Shown one piece after another: positions 1 to 13,063 of a DNA stretch of 64,000 nt. The translations under genes were made by a program, and so were the position numbers. Under the pieces are notes generated by a model. That model saw nothing but the letters and a program-made list of their open reading frames with translations, made no database searches and was not told the DNA's origin. Positions within the stretch are counted from its first letter, which is position 1. Each line of letters starts with the position of its first letter. Location of the stretch: positions 12,538,360 to 12,602,359 of the forward strand of contig JAHRHZ010000218.1 of assembly GCA_024137785.1 (NCBI GenBank). The letters run 5' to 3'. The stretch is from Ginglymostoma cirratum (taxonomy: Eukaryota).

Positions 1-845
1 TTTTAGACTGGAGCCCAGTGTGCAGTGGCCTACCACAGGGATTAATGCTGGGTCCCTTATTGTTTGTGATAATCATAAATTACATAGATGAGAATGTGGG
101 AGGGAAGATGCGATTATGGATAACACAAAGATTGGCCAGATTGTTGACTGAAAGGAGGGAGCTGTTGAGTTACAAGAGAAAATAAATGGATTAGTCAGTT
201 GGGCAGATCAGTGGCAGGTCGAATTTAACCCTGATAAATGTGGGGTGATGCACTTATCAGTCATGGGATGAGATTATTAGAGCAGGGATGTCATGTTGAA
301 GCTGTACAGAACTTTGATTACGCCATAGCTAGAGTACTGTGTGCAGTTCTGGTCACCACACTATAGGAAGGATGTGATTGCACTGGAGAGCGTGCCAGGG
401 AGATTCATCAGGAAATTCTCTGGAATGGAGCATTTCAGCTATGAAGAGAGGCTGGATAAGGTCAGGTTGTTTTCTTTGGAGCAAAGAAGGTAAGTGGAGG
501 ACTGATAGAGGTGTATGAGATACTGAAGGGCATGGACAAGGTGAATAGAAAGTAGATGTTCTGCTTAGTTGAAGGGTCAGTAAGAAGGCAGCGTAATTTT
601 AAAGTGCAAGTCTGGAGGTTTAGGTGGGACTTGAGGAAATACTTTTCACTCAGAGGATGTGGAGTTTGGGAGAGTAGTTGAGACATGAAACCTCACAACC
701 TTTAAAAGTACTTGGATGAACACATGAAGTATTCTAATATTCAAGGCTATGGGCCTAATTTGGAAAGTGGGACTACTGTATGTAGCAGTATATTCTTAGT
801 GTTACAGACTTGATGGGCTGAAGGGCCTCATCTCTACAGTATGAT
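1..845 (+). mobile_element. CR1-clade LINE (HER1-like), decayed RT C-terminus and 3' tail
   Basis: Remnants SGLPQGLMLGPLLF near base 25 (cf. SGVPQGSVLGP) and LEYCVQFWSPHYRKD (~330-375). Tail 'gacttgatgggctgaagggcc' resembles the SINE tails in this window. Stops and frameshifts present. Confidence 0.8.
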
Positions 846-2289
846 TTGTCAGAGTGGCAAATGTGGAACAATGGAAATAGATTGCCTTAGGTTGTTCAGC
901 TGCAGTTAGTACATACTCAGGTTGTTTTTTATTCCACATACTTGGTTTACTCGGATCTTTGTATTCTTTATGTTTTGAAGTCGTCTCCCAAATAGTTTCA
1001 GGGAGGAAATTATTTGTAGAGTGACTGTTAAAAGTTACCTTTGTACCTTCTGTTAAGTAAAGTTTGATTCATGCCACACAAAATAGTGGATATAAAGATA
1101 CATTTGGTCTAGCTTGTAAGCTTTGAACAAAATAGTTTCCATTTTTCTTTGCATATTTGCATACTTTAATGTTCATTATGATAGTACTTATTATGAAGTA
1201 TGTAATCATTTCTTCTATCTGTTTGAATGAATTAATAAAATGGCAATTAAACAAGGAGTGTCAGACACCTGTAGACTGTGTTTTTTAATGCATTTAAACC
1301 TAATCAAGTAATGTTGTGTCACACTTGAATCCTGCTTGAATGTGGTTCCAGAATAAGATTCCATTTCAAGTCACCAGAGGTTAAGTCACTAGCTGAAGAA
1401 CTTAACTGATTACATTAAAGGTATTTGTAAATTAACTTTCAGAGAATTTTATGATGGGGGAGAAAGGTGTCATCAAGCTGGAAAAAGAATACGAAAGAAG
1501 AAGTATCATAGCAGTGTGAAGCAATTTAAGGCTAGAAGCCTAAAAGACAGGGATTTTAGTAAAGTAAAAAGCAAGCTGTTACATGTGAGTGAATTCAGTG
1601 GATGAAAAAGTGCTTTGATGTTATTACCATGGATAGTAGGAAAAAACTTTTAAGGAGGCATGATTTTCAAGGCAACTGGAAGTTGCAAGAGACTAGTTGT
1701 ATAGGATTTGACCTTTATAAAAATGGTGTATGAGTGTGGAATTTGTCATCTTCAATTTTGATGACAGTAAAACCTAAACAAACCATCCCTGAAATGGATG
1801 GTATTTCAACCAAATTGTGTGAAATTTCATGAAATGTTGTTGGCTAAAAAAATGAAATCTCTACAATTACACTGGGGAAACAAAAATAACTTACTGAAAT
1901 ACTCTTCATGAAACTCAGCTCGAGTTGCTATATTTAGGATGTAATTGAATTACACATACAGGACTGCCAGATTTGATGGGCTGACTTAGCTGATCTTGAA
2001 TGCAGTGTGGGCATTGTAATTGCTTCTATATCCTTGACTTAAGGAGAGAATGAATAGCAAGAGTTCTTGTTCCTCTTTGAAGTTCTGTTGACTTTTTTCA
2101 AAGACATTACCAATTCATGGGTGAAAAGGGTGCAGTAGACATGTCTAAAGACCATGGTGAGGGAAGCAATCACAAAAGATCAAAATGTGAGATGAGGCTG
2201 AGGTTTATCAGGAATTAATAAATAAGAATGGAGAGTGTGGAAAGCGAAGTGCACAAGAAAATATTGAAAGAGAAAGACAAGTCAGTAGA

Positions 2290-3570
2290 AATTATTTTAA
2301 AAATCTTGTACCCTAATGCACAGGGGATTTGGACTAAGGTTGATGAGCTGACGGCACAAATAGGGACAAATGGCTGTGACCTGGAGGGGATTACTGAAAT
2401 GTGGCGCAGAAGGATCAGGACTGGGAGTTAAATGTCCAAGGGTACTTGGTATTCTGAAAGGATGGATGAGAAGGAGCAGGAGGTGGAGTTGCTTTATTGG
2501 TTAAGGATGACATCAAAGCTGTATTAAGATGTGATATTGGCTCTAGGGGTGAAAATGTTGAATCCGTTTCTGTGGAAATAAAAAGCAAGAGAAGAAACCC
2601 CTTGGTAGAAATAATTTACAGGCCACAGAAGCAGGGCATAGTATAAGCCAGGAAATAATGAGGTCTTGTGAGAAGGGCACAATGGTAATTATGAGTGATT
2701 TGAACATACATATAGACTGGATTAATCAACTTGGCAAGGGTAACCTTGGGGAAAGGTTCATAGTGCGTGACGGAGTGTTTCTTAGAGCAACATGTCATAG
2801 ATTCAGCCGGAGAACTGGCTACTTTAGATTTGGTATTATGTAACGAGGAGGGATTGATATATAGTCTCGTAGTTAAAGATCCTGTTGGAAGGAGTGTTCC
2901 CAACATGCTAGAGTTTCAAATTCAGATCGAAAGAGGTGAAGATAGAGTCACATACTAGTTTGCGTTAGGCAAAGGTTTGAGGAAGGATTTGGCCCTAGTG
3001 GACTGGGCAAAAATATTAAAGGCCAGCTCAGTTGAAGAACAGTGGTAAATGCTTAGGGAGATATGAAATACTTCTCAATCAAAGTATATTCCTGAGAGGA
3101 GGAGGAATTGCAATAAGATGAAAAAGCATTTATGGCTTAACAAGGAAGTCAAGGATAACACAAAGGCAAAAACTAGGGCAAATCAAACTGCAAAAGTTAG
3201 TGGCACTCTGGAGGATTGGGAAAACTTTAAACTTCAGCATACGGTTACTAAAAACAAAATCAAAAGAGCTAAGTTGAACTATAAAAGGAACCTAGCAGAA
3301 AACATAAGCACTGATACCAAAAACTCCTATAGGTATATAAAAAGAAAGAGTTGTGAAAGTAAACGTTGGCCTTTTAGAGGAAGATAATGGCGAGCTAATA
3401 ATGGGGGTACTCGGTAATGGTGGAAGCACTAAACTAATACTTTGTCTCTGTTTTCACAGTAGATGATAATAATTTCTTCCCAAAAACTGCAGTTTCTACA
3501 GAGGAACTTGGTGAAATTTCTGTAATAAGGAACAAGATATTAAGTAAACTGATGGGATTAAAGGCAGATT
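2290..3570 (+). mobile_element. CR1-clade LINE ORF2 5' part (APE endonuclease plus linker), degraded
   Basis: ORF pieces ILYPNAQGIWTKVDEL...GITEMW (cf. NARS..NK..EL...ITETW), GGGVALLVK, MSDLN (cf. GDFN), ATLDLVLCNEEGLI and a basic linker WLNKEVK..KAK. Confidence 0.75.
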
Positions 3571-3659
3571 TGTGAGGGACAGTAGGTCATTAGCAGTCAA
3601 ATTGTACTCCAACACAATCTACAATTTAATGACTTGGCATATCCCCCACTCCACTATTA

Positions 3660-3876
3660 CAGGTATTTCTCCTATAACGTGATAGTCACATTCTTGTGTA
3701 ACCTCACGTTGTACAAAACCACACTGTTGGAAATTGCCATAGAAAATTACGTTGTAGGGAAATTGCTATAGAAAATCACTATACCTGTACTCGTTATCCA
3801 AACTGCAACCGCTATTCCTCAATCGCATTACAGCCAATTTGCATTAACAAAACATGCATTATAGCAGAAATACCTG
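3660..3876. mobile_element. Non-autonomous DNA transposon (MITE), Tc1/mariner-pogo/Tigger type
   Basis: TIR CAGGTATTTCTCCTATAA at 3660 versus the reverse complement of the right end, CAGGTATTTCTGCTATAA (17/18). TA on both sides (3658-3659, 3877-3878). Confidence 0.85.
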
Positions 3877-4456
3877 TATAATCAAGCCAGGGGATTAGCC
3901 CTTGTCTCATGAAGTGTGCAGAAGAGCATGCCAAGAGCAGCATCATGCATACCTAAAGTTTGAGGTGTCAGCTTGGTGAAATGACAAAATAGGACGACTT
4001 GCATTCCAAACAGCTTAAACAGCAAGTGATAGAGCTTAACAATTCCACGGCTAACAGAGCAGATCTAAGTTGTAGAGTCCTGCCCAATCTAGTCGTGAAT
4101 GGTGGCAGCTAATTAAATAACCTACTGGAAGCAGTCACTCCATAAACAATCCTATTTTTGATAATGGGGGAGCTCAACACATCAGCCAGAAATGAACAGA
4201 TGACCTGTCTCTGCCTTCTAGTCTTCAACCAATTCAATTTGCTCCACATGACTTCAAGAAGTGGATGAAAGTACTGGATACTGCAAAGGCTATGGGCCCT
4301 GACAACACTTGCAGTAATAGTTCCAAAGACTTGAGCTCGAGAACGTGTTGTGCCACTTGCCAAGTTGATCCAGTACGGCCTCAGCACTGACATATGTCTG
4401 AGGATGTGGCAAATTGCCTAGATATATCCTGTATACAAGAAACAGGACAAACCCGT

Positions 4457-4776
4457 GGGGCGGCATGATGGCACAGTGGTTAGCGCTGCTGCCACACAGC
4501 ACCAGGGAACCAGGTTCAATTCCAACCTCGGGCGACTGTCTGTGTGGAGTTTGCACATTCTCCCTGTGTCTGCGTGGGTTTCCTCCGGGTGCTCCGGTTT
4601 CCTCCCACAGTCCAAAGATGTGCAGGGTAGGTGGATTGGCCATACTAAATTGCCCGTAGTGTTCAGGGAGGTGTAGATTAGGTGGGTTATAGGGGGATGG
4701 GTCTGGGTGGGATGCTCCGAGGTTCGGTGTGGACTTGTTGGGCCGAAGGGCCTGTTTCCACACTGTAGGGATTCTA
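4457..4776 (+). mobile_element. tRNA-derived V-SINE (HE1-like), near full length
   Basis: A-box TGGCACAGTGG, B-box GGTTCAATTCC, V-domain 'gtggagtttgcacattctccctgtgtctgcgtgggtttcc' and LINE-derived tail 'ttgggccgaagggcctgtttcc...gggattcta'. Inserted into the LINE RT. Confidence 0.9.
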
Positions 4777-5699
4777 ATTTGCCAACCTGACCAATTACCA
4801 ATTCATTAGTGTACTTTTGATCATCAGTCAAATATTGGGACATATAATCAACAGTGCTACTAAGCAGCACTTGCTTAGTATGATCTGCTCACTGACTGTC
4901 AGTTTGGGTTCCTCCAGGGCCACTCAACAGTTGACCTCATTACAGTCTTAGTTGAAATATAGCAAAAGAGCTGAATTTCAGAAGTGAAATTGACCGGCCC
5001 TGACATCAAGGCTGCATTTGACCAAGTGCGACATTAAAGAATGCTTGCAAAACTGGAGTCACTGGGAATTTGGAGGGGTATCTCTCTGCCAGTTGGAGTC
5101 ATATCTGCCACAAACCAAGATGGTTGTGGTTGTTAGAGGTTAGTCAACTCAACTCTAGGATATCTCTATCAGGAATTCCTCAGGTAGCAACATCTTCAAC
5201 TGCTTCATCAATGACCATCCTTCCATCATTAGTTCAGAAGTGGGGGTGTTCATTGATGTCTGCGCAATGTACAGCACCATTTGCAGTTCCTCACATAACA
5301 AAGCAGTCCATGCCCCAATGTAGCCAAATCTAGACAATTTCTAGGTTTCGGCAGACATGTGGCAAGTAACATTTGCACCACACAAGTGCCAGCAATGATT
5401 GTCTCCAACAAGATAGTACTGCCTGTAAATCAGTGTGTGTTATTTTATACAATATAGAACAGCACAGCGTAGGGACAGGCCCTTCTGCCCACCATGATTC
5501 CATTCTAAACTAACCCTGTCTGCCTACATGTACACTGTATCCTTCTGTTCGCTGCCTGTTCAAGTGTCTGTCCAAATGCTTCTTAAAAGTCGCTTTTGTG
5601 ACTGTTTCTACCAGCTCCCCATAAAGTATATGAAATAGAGACTTACCAAGATAGTATTAGGGATGAACAATTGTGCTTTGAGAGTCTGGTCATGGCCCA

Positions 5700-6906
5700 T
5701 ATCAACTGCAGTCTCTCAACCTCCCAAACCTACAGTTTGCCTACCAATATAACAGGTCCATACATGAAGCTATATCCCTAGTCCTGCACTCATCCCTGCA
5801 ACATCTATCTGGACAACAAATGTACCTATGTCAGAATCCTGCTTGTTGACTACAGCTCCACCTTCAATACCAATCCCCTCGCAGATCTCAAAACTGCGTG
5901 ATCTTGGTCTTGGCTCCACCTCTGTACCTGGATCCTCAGTTTTCTGACCCATAGGCCGCAATCAGTGAGGATAGGTAACTGCACCTTGTCCATAATAACA
6001 CTCAACGCTGGAGACCCCCAAAGATGCGTCCTCAGCCCCCTACGGTACTTCCTGTATACCTAAGACTGTGTTGCCAAATTCCAAACGAACACCATCTACA
6101 AGTTTGCTGACGACGCCACTGTAGTGGGACAGATACCTAATGATGATGAGTCAAAATGCAGAAGGGAGTTAGAGAGCTTCATGACGTGGTGTAACAAAAA
6201 CAATCTTCCTCTCAATGTCAGCAAAATTAAAATACTGATCATCCACTTCAGAAAGAAAGGAGGAGAACACGCCCCCATCTACAACAACAGAACTGAGATT
6301 GAGAGAGTGAAGAGCATCAGGTTCCTTGAGGTCACAATAACCGACGACCTGTCCTGGACTTCCCACGTAAATGCGACAGTCAAGAAGGCACAACAACACC
6401 TCCTCTTCCTTAGGCTGCTCAGAAATTTGGCATGTCCAGAAGGTCACTCACCAACATCTACAGATACACCATTGAAAGCATACTGTCTGGGTGTATAATG
6501 ACCTGGTATGGTTACTGCTGTACCCAGGACCATAAGAAACTACAGACGTTGGTATGTGCAGCCCAGACCATCACAGAAGCCAACCTTCCACCCATGGACT
6601 CTATTTACACAGCACACTGCCACAGACAGCGGCCAACATCATCAAAGAGCCATCATACCCTAGTAATGACCTCCTACAACATCTTCCGTCAGGCAGAAGA
6701 TACGGAAGCCTGAACACACGCACAAGCAGGTTCAGGAACAGCTTCTTTCTGGCTCTTATCAAACTGTTGAATGGCCTGTAGCCTCAAATAATGTAACCTG
6801 TATGCCCCTAAGTCTTTTTGATCTGCACATCCTTTGCTCGCTGTGATCTGCCTGTACCACTCGTAAACAAAGCTTTCTGCTGTATTTTGGTACATGTGAC
6901 AATAAA
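5700..6906 (+). mobile_element. Rex1/Babar-clade LINE, 5'-truncated RT region and tail
   Basis: LQFAY, YVRILLVDYSSTFNT, KFADDATVVGQI, WCNKNNLPLNVSK, KKAQQHLLFLR, ESILSGCIMTWYG and LPSGRRY..RTSRFRNSFF. Ends 'acatgtgacaataaa'. Frameshifted. Confidence 0.85.
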
Positions 6907-8530
6907 ATTTTAAAAAATCAGAAAGGTACAAGGAGATATGGAGGATGCAGAAACAATTTTTATTGGAGAAGTGAAATCTAAGAATTAAGGGAACCTTTCT
7001 AAAATTGAGAAGGGCTTCAATAGAATTGATAAGGAGGATGTATTTTCTCCAGTTGGAGTCAATGACTGGTCTCCAATTAAAATGATAATTTGGGGTAGGA
7101 AGGGTTGAAAGAGAAAAATAATAATGTGTGGTTTGCGAGCATGGAAATCTTCACCACAGGGATTGGTTAAGGCCGAGATCTTTGAATCTTTTCGGAGAAA
7201 ATCGGATACATGTTTGAAGCAATGAAAGGGCTGTTAGGAGAGATCAAGTCAGTGAGATTATAGAATGATTATTCCAGTTAAAACTGACACGATTACAAAC
7301 TGGTAGAATGGCTTGTAAGGTGCCTTCAACTGATCCAAAATCGGGAATCTGCATAAAAGGCAAATTGACAATGTCATTACTTTGCCATTTAAGTTAATGA
7401 CTTCTTCCGACATCAATGTAAACGTAATACGTTTGAATATTGCTGATGGGAGACATGTTGACAAAGCTTTTTAATTTTGTACTAATAAGAAGTGCAAGAA
7501 TGCCAAATTTCAAACAACCTCAACAAATTATGCTAAAGTAAGTCCTTACATAAAGATGTGGTAATCCTTGTCAATTGAGATTTATTACCCTACTATAATC
7601 TAACATTGGTGAACAAAATAAGTTAAAAAATAAAATATACTTTAATAATGTAGTTTAAAATATAAAAGGAAAGGCTTACTTACAATATTGGACCTCATCC
7701 TTGCTGTCATTCCTGCTGCCCAAACGTCCTGCTTCCTGCTGCTGCAGATCCATACCTTCTGACTACCACCTTCACAGGCAGGCATGCAGGGAAGGTACCA
7801 AACACAGTCATGACTGATACCTGACTGCTAGGAGGAGGGGGAGAAAGGCCAAGGTCCCGTAAGTGTCTAAGAGGAGCAGCTTCACCACATTGGAGTGCAT
7901 CCTGGAGACTGGTAGCAGCAAGAAGGGGTACAAAGCTGCAGCAGCCATGACATGGCTAAGATATTTGGCAGCTCAGGTAGGTGTTCTGGAGACTGGTGAG
8001 TAAAGACTTCCTGGTGCAGACTCTAGCAGCAATACCTCCACGGTTAGGAAAGGCTGCAAATCATAGGGTTAGGGTCAGGTACAGAGAAAGGCTGCATGTT
8101 GGAAGGTGGAGCACAGGGAGCAGTTTTGAGTTTGAGAGCAGGAGAAGCTGCATCAAAATGGTACCCATCTTGAGGGAAGCAACATTAAAGTGAAAACTGC
8201 AACACTCAATGAGTCTGAAGGCTCCATTAATTGACTCACATTTAAAGTGAAATATCATTGCATGCATCAGGATTAATGTACAGGATTACTACCAGTATTC
8301 AAGTCTGTACTTCCAAGCAACTGTTAATTATATATTTGTTGTGAACTATTATATCTTTCAATCCCAAAGTGGGTGAATGTTATGATTAATAATACTTTTC
8401 AAATCATGCAGGTAGTAGTGGTTTCTGGTCTGAGAACAATGGGAAATTAATTTGTTCTGTTGAAATAGAAAGTTTAGCTGCAGCCCTTTAATGTTTTTAG
8501 TATAGGTACATGGAATATTGTTTATTTTAA

Positions 8531-8662
<132 letters not shown>

Positions 8663-9962
8663 TAGTTTTTAATGTGCTATGTATTACTGTGCTGGATATG
8701 TTTATTGCCTTTGTGTTATTTCAAATTACATTAAAATTACATTTAAAGATTTTCCATGGGCAGCATGTCATTTGAGTATTAAGGTCCTTCTATAATACTG
8801 CCCCTGTGAAATCGGGACGTTTGATGGTTCTTTTGAAACTGTGGATGCTAGTAATCTGAGGCCTCTGTATTTTCAACTGTATCTCGTTTAAATAATAGTT
8901 CAGTCACTTTGGCTCAATTATATCAAAATATACTGCTAACAATGTAGCTAATATGTATTACCTCAGAAGTAAGTACTAAGTTTCAGGTTACCAATTTATT
9001 CTTTCCCTTCCCATCTTGAACTGTTCTTTTAAAAAATCTCAAAGCAAGTGAAGCAATTAATAGTTTTTGGTACTGAAAAGAAATGAGTTAATGAATAATT
9101 AGTGATTTCTACCACTCCTCACTCTCTCAAACCCACATGTACAACGTTTTTGAAAGGCTTGTGATATGTTGGCCAGCTGTACGTGTATTGATCTAGCTGC
9201 CAGCATGCATACAATAAATGTCAGACTCATTTTATGTCTTTCATAATGGATGTATTTATTCAGCATTGGCACTAACTAATATATGCCAGTATTCTGTATA
9301 TACTGTCTTTTGCTTATATGTTCATAGGTTTTATATATTCAAAACTACTCAAGTTGTCATTTAAGGGAAGTCCTCATAACTAATTGTTATCCTGTACCTA
9401 TTGTTAAATCGCAATGGGTCAAAAGATCTGCAAGAGTATTGTTTGATGGTGTGCTTTTGGTCGTTGTGCTGCCTTAGGGCATGTCAGGTGACACTTGCTA
9501 GTGAAGCAGGAGAGCCTCATGATAGTTGTGGTGATACAAAAACAGTGATTTTGGAACCTTGTAAAATCTCTTGGGAGCAAAGATGATGTTTTGCTTTCCT
9601 GGTTGTTGTGAAAAAATGTAATAGAAGTGTTCAAAATTCTAAAGGGTGTTGATAGACTAAATAATGAGGAACTGTTTCCAGCAGCAGAAGAGTCAGTAAC
9701 CAGAGAAAACAAGCTCAAGATAATTTGCAGCAGAATCTAAGGCAAGATGAGAAAGTTTTTTATTGCATGAAACATTATGATCTGTCACAGATGTAAGAAA
9801 AAAATGCGAGGTTATGCTAATGGATTTAGATGAAGAAGAATGGAAGGAGGATTTTATGAAGTATAAACAAAACACATTTGGGCCAAATAGGCACAAAATT
9901 ATTTGTCTCCATGCAGCCCTTTGTATCAATACTTCACTGTATAAATGTCGGTTAAAATTTTT

Positions 9963-10251
9963 CACAGTGCTAGGACCTGGGTTCGTTTATTCCCTCTGAT
10001 GACTGCCTGTGTGGAATTTGCACATTCTCTGGTTTCCTTCCACAGTCCAAAGATGTGCAGGTTAAGTGGATTGGCCATGTTAACATGCCCATAATGTCCA
10101 GGGAAATGCAAGTAAGGCAGATTAGCCATGGGAAATGCAGGGTTACAGAGATAGGATGGGGGGTGGGTCTAGGTGGGATGCTGTTCAGAGAATCAGTATA
10201 AACTTGATGGGACAAAATGGCCTGCTTCCACACTGAGGGGATTCTATGATT
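9963..10251 (+). mobile_element. HE1-like V-SINE, 5'-eroded
   Basis: V-domain and 'ggcctgcttccacactgagggattctatgatt' tail similar to 4457-4776. Confidence 0.8.
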
Positions 10252-11267
10252 GAAAATGAAATACAATACCTGTAAAGTATTGTATAGTTTTTTTTTACAA
10301 TTATTAGCTCAGCCAATGTATCCTAAATTCTGAGCTATACTGTTAACTCGTCTCTCCTTGGAGCCTGAGGGCCAAGAAATAAATAGCTTATGGAAAATTG
10401 CCACTAACTTTAGAGAGCACTGAGCTGTATTCCGAGATTGATGGGATCCACATATTATTGTTAATTAAGTCAGATTTTCTTAGCTAGAATCTTCAGTCTG
10501 AGATGACAATATGACCATGTTTGGTTCCAAGAAAAAAAATGCATAATATCTGAATTACTTTAACCATTAAGGGGTTATTATTATTCCAGCCAGCTATTCC
10601 AAAGTAATTTTTTTTTTCTGTTTGATCTAGTTATTCCAGAGAGCAAAGGCTTTTATTCTCAGCTCAACCCACTTAAATGATGAGAATGTTGATGCAGATT
10701 TTCTGGTGGCTAGTTAGTCAGGACCTGACACCTTTGTCCTCACTCACCCCCAACGCTGGGTGACACCCCACCCTTGCATCCCAGATCTCAACAATCCCCA
10801 CAACCAGATCCAAAATCCTGCCCCTCCAGGACAAGATCACACCTTCAACCCCAGTACTCAACATTGGACCCACTTCCCCCAATAGTTCTTTTTCTGCCTG
10901 CCAAATATTCCACGCCCTACCTAGTCTGTCCTGCTTGCACGTAACCTTACACCTATTTTACCCTTGTGCAGGAGCTGTCAACGTGGTCATCTGTGATGCT
11001 GGGCACTTAAAATCGCAGAATATGGCAGCTGATGGCTGTGAAAAAGGTGGCATAATTTGCCTTCCATCAACTGTTCTGCACCATGAGAGACAAGTCAGAT
11101 TTAAAGTAGAGTTCACATTTCTGAAGGAGCCTAGATTGGAATCTCCGTAATAGACTGGAGTGTCAATCTGTGTGTGTTTGCCACACCTCAGGACTGTGAC
11201 CCTTGATGTCCTTGAAAGAGCTGTCTTCTGCTTTAAAGGTAGTGAGAGGATTATTGCATGACTAAAG

Positions 11268-11745
11268 GCAAAGTACTGCAGATGCTGGAGATCTGAAGTA
11301 AAAACAAATTGTTGGAGAAACTCAGCAGGTCTGGCAGCACGTGAGGAGAGAGGTCAGAAATCACATGACATCAGGTTATAGTCCAACAGGTTTATTTGAA
11401 AAAACAAGCTTTTGGAGCCTCATTTCTCCTTCAGTTGTTAGTGAGGTGGTATCAGACACAAAATTTATAAGACAGCTGAAGAAGGAGCAAGGCTCTGAAA
11501 GCTTGTTCTTTCAAATGAACCTGTTGAACTATAACCTGGTGTCGTGTGATTTCTAATCTGATCCACCCCAATCCAATACTGGCACCTCCACACCTGTGGA
11601 GGGAGAAATAGAGTTAACTTTAGAATCCATAATTTTTCAACTTCCTTCAGTTCTGAAGAAGCATCATACCAGACTCAAAACATTTTAAGTCTGTTTCTTT
11701 CTTATATGCTGCCAGACTTTCTGAGTTTCTCCTGTATTTTGAGTT
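11268..11745. mobile_element. Fold-back Penelope-derived element with a second fold-back element (~11345-11593) nested in it
   Basis: Outer arms 'gaaactcagcaggtctggcagca' and 'tgctgccagactttctgagtttc'. Inner arms 'agaaatcacatgacatcaggttatagtccaacaggttt' and 'aacctgttgaactataacctggtgtcgtgtgatttct'. Degenerate hammerhead-like cores at 11476 and ~11653. Confidence 0.7.
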
Positions 11746-11939
11746 TATCTAATGAGATTTGAGCAGTGGTTGTAGAATGCTAATTTTACTAAATATAACT
11801 GTTTAGCTTCAATGTTAGCGTGGTTAGGAAGAGTTGTGTATGTGTAGAGACATATCTAGTGCACACTTGACTTACAAACTCAAACAAATTATTTTGGTAA
11901 TGGAAACTATTCAACCTAAACAGACAACAATCTACAGTG

Positions 11940-12326
11940 TTGGCCTTGGCTGTGAGGGAGCACTACCACTCGGCCGGAAGGTCAAAGATTCAACTTCACT
12001 CTTAAACTTGAGGACATGATCTAAGTTGAAATATCAGTGTAGTACAAAGTGATTGAGACTTGAATTTAGGCTTTTTCTGCTCACCCAGCAATTGTAAAAA
12101 ACTCCCATGTCACTTTTTTGAGTAGAAAGTAAGTTTTCTTGGCAGTCATCACCAATGTTTTGTCTCTCACCGACTTCATGAAGCAACACATCATATTTTC
12201 AACAATTTCATTGTTGTTTGTCAGACCTTACAAGTTGAGGCATTTCTGCGAATAACAGCAGTGATCATACTTCCAGAAGTACTTTAGGAGATCCTGAGGT
12301 CATGAAAGACACCATATAAATGCAAG
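11940..12326 (+). mobile_element. Old SINE with L2-type tail (Deu-SINE-like, family uncertain)
   Basis: Eroded tRNA-like head and tail 'ttaggagatcctgaggtcatgaaagacaccatataaatgcaagt'. Confidence 0.45.
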
Positions 12327-12340
12327 TTTGTTCATTTTTT

Positions 12341-12556
12341 AAATAAAAACTGAAAGAAATGCGAATGCTGTGAATCAGGAATTAAAAAAAAAAGAAGTTG
12401 CTGGAAAGGCTCAGCAGGTCTGGCAGCATCTGTGAAGCAAAATCAGAGGTGACGTTTTGGGTCCAATGACCCAAAGTTCTGAGGAAGGTCACCGGACCTG
12501 AAACGTCAACTCTGATTTTTCTTCACAGATGCTGCAGCAACTTCTGTTTTTGTTCC
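12341..12556. mobile_element. Fold-back Penelope-derived element with 14-bp TSD
   Basis: TTTGTTCATTTTTT at 12327-12340 and 12557-12570. Inverted arms 'gcagcatctgtgaag...tgacgtttt' and 'gaaacgtca...cttcacagatgctgc'. Confidence 0.8.
12475..12511 (+). ncRNA. Minimal type-I hammerhead ribozyme motif
   Basis: AGTT-CTGAGGA-AGGTC/ACCG/GACCT-GAAAC-GTC-AACT. Stem I AGUU:AACU, 5-bp stem II, palindromic ACGU stem III. Activity not shown. Confidence 0.6.
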
Positions 12557-13063
12557 TTTGTTCATTTTTTTGATCTATTGGTTTGTTTGGCGTCTGTTTG
12601 TGGTTTTTTTTTAAAGTTTGTAGCTTTAGCCTGAATTACTTGGCCAGGCTGTGCTGTCTTCCTGCTTACTAAAGATTAGAAATGTTTAGTGAACATCTTG
12701 TGTGACTTAATTTGCATGGCTTGTTGATACTCCGGTACATTGCTCCTGCCTTCCTTGTGAGAAATGCAGTCTGCAGTCAAAGCAAAAGCTGAAAGAAATT
12801 GTTCTGAATTATAATTCGTAATATTGCACATAACCTGCGTTGTTTTAGGCTGTCATTTAACATAAAATCGCAAAAAATGAGAAGTAACATGCTGTGCATC
12901 AATTTGAGTGTTTGAGTATATCTACGGTATCCTTGAACAAAATAATGAACCATATTAAAATTATGATTTTTAGTCAGGTTAGAAAGGCACATTTTTGTTT
13001 TGAATCGTACTCCATGCTTCAAATCTGTAATTGTGTTATCTAATATAACAAGCCTTTTTAACT

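Larger units (their letters stand above)
3600..5420 (+). mobile_element. LINE RT fragment (CR1/L2 group), interrupted by a MITE and a SINE
   Basis: KAMGPDN (~4285), WQIA..YPVYKKQDK (~4407-4450), ALDIKAAFD-like 'gccctgacatcaaggctgcatttgac' (~4997) and FIND. Colinear with the copy at 36350-38520. Confidence 0.75.

Noticed and set aside
4290-4870. Overlapping 70-160 aa ORFs on both strands (also at 38890-39780 and 58889-59137)
   Set aside because: They are chance translations of HE1-like SINE copies. The same peptides recur wherever the SINE occurs.
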